Part shown: one piece after another, positions 7,523-11,115 of the stretch
How the letters are laid out: every line of letters begins with the position of its first letter
How positions within the stretch are numbered: position 1 is the stretch's first letter
NCBI GenBank assembly: GCA_031459625.1
Contig: JAVKIH010000025.1
Location: forward strand, 23,232-34,346
From: Candidatus Geohabitans tengchongensis
Lineage (GTDB): Bacteria; Sysuimicrobiota; Sysuimicrobiia; Sysuimicrobiales; Humicultoraceae
Direction of reading: 5' to 3'
Length of the DNA stretch: 11,115 nt
Translations under genes and position numbers: made by a program
Notes under the pieces: model-generated
What the model saw: the letters and a program-made list of their open reading frames with translations, nothing else
Told to the model about the DNA's origin: nothing
The model's database searches: none

Positions 7523-10231
7523 CTACCGCGCGGCAGCGAGGGCCGCCCGCACCACCTGCGCCGCCACCGGGGCCGCCACCGCCCCACCGGCGCCGCCCCG
7601 CTCCACCACCACCGCCACGGCCACCCGCGGGGCCTCGGCCGGCGCGAAGGCGATGAACCAGGCGTGCGGCGCCCCGCCCGGTGCGTCGGCCGTCCCCGTC
7701 TTGCCGGCCACCACGACGCCGGGGAGCGCCGCCGCCCGCCCGGTGCCGCGGCGCACGACCTCCACCATCGCCCGGGCCACCAGGGCGGCCGTCTGCGCGT
7801 CCAGCACCCGCCGCCCTTGCGGCTGCGCCCGCCACACCACCCGCCCGTCCGGCCTGCGGCGCGCCGCCACCAGGAAGGGACGGTAGAGCACCCCGCCGTT
7901 GCCCACCGCCGCACTCACCAGGGCCATCTGGAGCGGTGAGACCAGCAGGCTCCCCTGGCCGAACGCCGCCTGCCCCACCCCCTCCCCGGCCAGCTCCCGC
8001 AGGCTGGGGAGGTGGCCGGCGGCCGCGGGCAGGTCGTAGGCCGGGGCGCGTCCCACGCCCAGCGCCGCAGCCGTCCGCCGCAGCGCCGCCCCGCCCATGG
8101 CCAGGCCGGCCCGGATGAAGTAGATGTTGCACGAGCGCCGCAGCGCCGCGTCCAGGTCGACCGTGCCGTGGCCGCGCCCGCCCAGGTCGGTGACGCGCCG
8201 GCCACGCAGGAGGATGCTCCCGGGACAGTGGACCGTGGTCTCGGGGGTGAGCGTTCCGGCCGCCAGCCCTGCGGCCATCGTCACCACCTTGAACGCGGAC
8301 CCCGGCGGGTAGAGGCCCTGGGCGACGCGGTCGAGCAGCGGAGCGTCGGCCCGCTCCCGCCACCGCGGCAGGTCCGTCTCCACGGCGTTGGGGTCGAAGG
8401 CGGGGCGGCTCACCGCCGCCAGTACCGCACCGCTCTGCGGGTCGAGCACCACCACCGCCCCAGCCCGCTCGCCCAGCGCGGCGGCGGCGGCGCGCTGCAC
8501 CTCGAGGTCCAGGGCGAGCACGACATCGCCGCCGCGGCGGGTGCGCGCGGGGAGCGGCACGCCCAGGGCGGCCAGCAGACCGCGCGAGGGGAGGCCGCGC
8601 AGGTGGGCGTCCTCCGCCGCCTCCACGCCCGCCTTGCCGAAGCGCAGCGAGGCGTAGCCCACCGGGTGGGCGGCGAGCGCCCCGGACGGGTAGCGGCGCC
8701 GCCGCGCCTCCCCCTCGCCCACCGTGACCGCCAGCGGGCGCATCCGCCGGTCGTAGATAGTACCGCGGGCCACCGCCCGCTCGGCCAGGAGCGGCCGGGG
8801 GTTGGCGGGGTGGGCCGCGAGCGCCGGTCCGCGCACCCCCTGCCACCACCCCAGCGCCACCGCCACGGTCACCAGCCCGCCCACCGCCACGATGCCGAGG
8901 CGCCGCAGCCGTGCGCGCAGGCGGAGGAGGCCGGGATCGCCGCCCGCACCCGCGGCCGCGCCAACGCGCAGGAGCAGCCCCACGATGACCAGGTTCACGA
9001 TCATGGCGTTGCCCCCGTAGCTGACGAAGGGCAGGGGGAGGCCGGTGAGCGGCACCAGCCGCAGGATCCCGCCGAGGATCATGACGGCCTGCGCGGCCAG
9101 GACCGTGCCCAGCCCGCCGGCCAGCAGCGCCTCCAGGGCCGTCGGCGCCCGCGCCGCGGTGCGGAAGGTGCGGGCCGCCAGCAGCAGCGTGGCGCAGACC
9201 ACGGCGAGCGCGCCCGCCAGCCCCAGCTCCTCCCCGATCGCCGCAAAGATCAGGTCGGTGGCCGCCGCGGGCAGGACGTCGGGGTGGCCGAGTCCCGGCC
9301 CGGTCCCGGTGATGCCGCCGCTGCCCAGGGCGATCAGCGCCTGGACCACCTGGTAGCCCAGCCCCTGCAGGTCGCTCCACGGGTCGCGCCACGCCACCAG
9401 CCGCCGCGCCACGTGGGGAAAGAGCGTGGCGAGCCCCGCGGTGGCCGCCACCAGGGCGACGAACCCTGCCAGCACCGGCAGCGTGCGCCCCGTGGCGGCG
9501 TAGACCGACGCCAGCGTCACGGTGGCCAGCAGCAGGGCCGCGCCCAGGTCGCGCTGCGCCAGGAGGAACAGGAGGGCCAGTGCGGCCACGGCACCAAGCG
9601 GGGCGGCGAACCGTGCCGGCAGCGAGGCGCCGCCGGCCAGGCGGCGCTTCTCCGAGAGGTAGGCGGCCGCGAAGAGGACGAGCAGCACCTTCACGCTCTC
9701 CGAGGGCTGCACCGTCACCGGGCCGACGCGGATCCATTGCCGGGTCCCGGCCACCTCCACCCCGAAGAGGACGGCGGCGGCCAGGAGCAGCAGCGCCGCC
9801 GCCCCGACCAGGTAGCGGTAGCGCGCCACCGCGCGCACGTCCACGGCGACCAGGACGGCCACCATCAGCGCCTGCCCGCAGACCACCCACAGGGCCTGGC
9901 GCAGCAGCAGGACGGGGTCGAGCCGGTAGATGGCGGGGAGACCCACCGCCACGAGCAGGGCCGCCAGCGGCAGGAGGAGCGGGTCGGGCCCTCCGCCGCG
10001 CTCGCTGCCGTCATCCGTGCGCACGGGCGGCGCGGTGGGCGCGCGTCCCTGACGGACGGCCAGCACCAGGTGGGGGACCAGGAACCCACTCACCGCCAGC
10101 GTGCCGATCCCCACGGGGGTCCACGGGTGCTCCGTCCCGCGGGCCAGGTGTACCAGGGTGAGGCCGGTGGCGGCGATCAGCACGGCCAGGAGAAGCAGGT
10201 GGCGTTCCTGCGCGCGTGCCACCGCCCTCAC
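7523..10231 (-). CDS. Fused SEDS glycosyltransferase (RodA/FtsW) - class B penicillin-binding transpeptidase (PbpA-like)
   Basis: The N-half has many TM segments with RQW, QPSESVK, QRDLG, GYQ, ATDLIFAAIGEELG and PLTGLPLPFVSYGG. The C-half has a TM anchor, RGTIYDR, YPPGSAFK (SxxK), SCN (SxN) and KTGT. There is no stop between the halves. The start is GTG 10231 or GTG 10222, which has better SD spacing. Confidence 0.95.
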   Translation of the reverse strand: MRAVARAQERHLLLLAVLIAATGLTLVHLARGTEHPWTPVGIGTLAVSGFLVPHLVLAVRQGRAPTAPPVRTDDGSERGGGPDPLLLPLAALLVAVGLPAIYRLDPVLLLRQALWVVCGQALMVAVLVAVDVRAVARYRYLVGAAALLLLAAAVLFGVEVAGTRQWIRVGPVTVQPSESVKVLLVLFAAAYLSEKRRLAGGASLPARFAAPLGAVAALALLFLLAQRDLGAALLLATVTLASVYAATGRTLPVLAGFVALVAATAGLATLFPHVARRLVAWRDPWSDLQGLGYQVVQALIALGSGGITGTGPGLGHPDVLPAAATDLIFAAIGEELGLAGALAVVCATLLLAARTFRTAARAPTALEALLAGGLGTVLAAQAVMILGGILRLVPLTGLPLPFVSYGGNAMIVNLVIVGLLLRVGAAAGAGGDPGLLRLRARLRRLGIVAVGGLVTVAVALGWWQGVRGPALAAHPANPRPLLAERAVARGTIYDRRMRPLAVTVGEGEARRRRYPSGALAAHPVGYASLRFGKAGVEAAEDAHLRGLPSRGLLAALGVPLPARTRRGGDVVLALDLEVQRAAAAALGERAGAVVVLDPQSGAVLAAVSRPAFDPNAVETDLPRWRERADAPLLDRVAQGLYPPGSAFKVVTMAAGLAAGTLTPETTVHCPGSILLRGRRVTDLGGRGHGTVDLDAALRRSCNIYFIRAGLAMGGAALRRTAAALGVGRAPAYDLPAAAGHLPSLRELAGEGVGQAAFGQGSLLVSPLQMALVSAAVGNGGVLYRPFLVAARRRPDGRVVWRAQPQGRRVLDAQTAALVARAMVEVVRRGTGRAAALPGVVVAGKTGTADAPGGAPHAWFIAFAPAEAPRVAVAVVVERGGAGGAVAAPVAAQVVRAALAAAR

Positions 10232-10755
10232 ACCTCTGCGGTCGACACCTGTTGCTCGTCCGCCACCAGGCGGAAGGTGACGCGCCCGACGGTCAGGCGG
10301 TCGCCCGCCCGCAGCGCCACCGGCCCGCCGATGCGATGCCCGTTCACCAGCGTGCCGTTGCGGCTGCCCAGGTCTTCCACCCAGACGCGCCCGCTGCGCA
10401 CGACACAGCGGGCGTGCGTCGTGCTGACGAAGGGGTCGGGGAGCGCGATGTCGCTGGTGGCCGCGCGGCCGATCACGAGGCCGGTTCGCAGCGGGTAGCG
10501 CCGGCCGAGCGGGGGCGTGCCCGGCGAGGCCACCACCTCGAGCAGGGCCGCACCGGGCGAGGCTGCAACCGGCCGGGCCGCCGCCTCGGGCAGCCCTGCC
10601 GGCGGCCTCTCCGGGAGTCCCGCCCCGGCGGCCGGCGCCTCGGGCGTGGCTGCTGGGGGCCGCAGGTCGCGGAGCGCGGCGCGCACGACCTGCGCCAGGA
10701 AGAGGTAGAGGAGGACCAGCAGGAGGAACCGCCCGGCCCAGACGACGAGCTCCAT
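10228..10755 (-). CDS. FhaB/FipA-like membrane-anchored FHA domain protein
   Basis: N-terminal TM (GRFLLLVLLYLFLAQVVRAALRDL), an Ala/Pro linker, and FHA motifs IGR, VSTTHA and DLGSRNGTLVNG. ATG 10755 chosen by family pattern. GTG 10758 and GTG 10800 are alternatives. Confidence 0.92.
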   Translation of the reverse strand: MELVVWAGRFLLLVLLYLFLAQVVRAALRDLRPPAATPEAPAAGAGLPERPPAGLPEAAARPVAASPGAALLEVVASPGTPPLGRRYPLRTGLVIGRAATSDIALPDPFVSTTHARCVVRSGRVWVEDLGSRNGTLVNGHRIGGPVALRAGDRLTVGRVTFRLVADEQQVSTAEV

Positions 10756-10855
10756 CACGGGCCGAGACCCGGGCGCCCGGGACCCACCGAGACCGAACAC
10801 GACTGGGTCCGGACCCAGTTCATCTCGATATGGACAGTTTGACCACGATCCGGAC

Positions 10856-11115
10856 TCAACCCTCCACGTCGCGCTCGTAGGCGACGGTGGTCTGCCCCAC
10901 CACGAACCGGTCGCCCGGCTGCAGGGGGTGGCGCGTGATCCGCTCGCCCTCCACGCGCGTGCCGTTGGTGCTGCCCAGGTCGACCAGGATGTGGCCGCGC
11001 CTGTCGGGCGCGGGTTCGACGCGGGCGTGCTGGCGGGAGACCAGGGGATCGGTGAGCACCAGGTCGCACTCGGCGCGCCGCCCGATGGTCACCGTCACGC
11101 CCGGTAGGAGCAGCA
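10856..11115 (-). CDS. FHA domain protein, C-terminal part (FhaA-like, partial)
   Basis: FHA motifs TIGR, VSRQHA and DLGSTNGT. The frame stays open to the window edge (LLLPGVTVTIGR). Its position upstream of fhaB fits FhaA. Confidence 0.88.
   Translation of the reverse strand, partial: LLLPGVTVTIGRRAECDLVLTDPLVSRQHARVEPAPDRRGHILVDLGSTNGTRVEGERITRHPLQPGDRFVVGQTTVAYERDVEG

Noticed and set aside
7482..9890. 802-aa same-strand overlapping ORF within the RodA-PBP fusion
   Set aside because: An off-frame shadow caused by GC3 bias, with Gly/Arg/Ala-rich sequence and no motifs.
10800..10850. c-di-GMP-I riboswitch suggested by GGUCAAAC
   Set aside because: It lacks the GNRA-capped P2 followed by GCAAA and the tetraloop receptor.

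Overview
High-GC bacterial chromosomal segment. All credible genes lie on the minus strand. In transcription order: FhaA-like FHA protein (5'-truncated by the window), FhaB-like membrane FHA protein, a single 902-aa ORF fusing a SEDS glycosyltransferase (RodA/FtsW) to a class B penicillin-binding protein, a PASTA Ser/Thr kinase (PknB/PrkC), ribulose-phosphate 3-epimerase (rpe, with no ATG/GTG/TTG start and a probable CTG start), a zinc-dependent HDAC-family deacetylase, ribosomal protein S1 (four S1 domains), tRNA-Pro(CGG), a small secreted hypothetical protein behind a perfect 35-bp tandem duplication, and a GAF-SpoIIE (PP2C) phosphatase (3'-truncated). Most notable points: the natural RodA-PBP fusion, an FHA/kinase cell-wall cluster lacking the usual pstP/prpC and rsgA but coupled to a deacetylase, the non-canonical rpe start, and several structured or duplicated intergenic elements. 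No mobile element or CRISPR array is supported.
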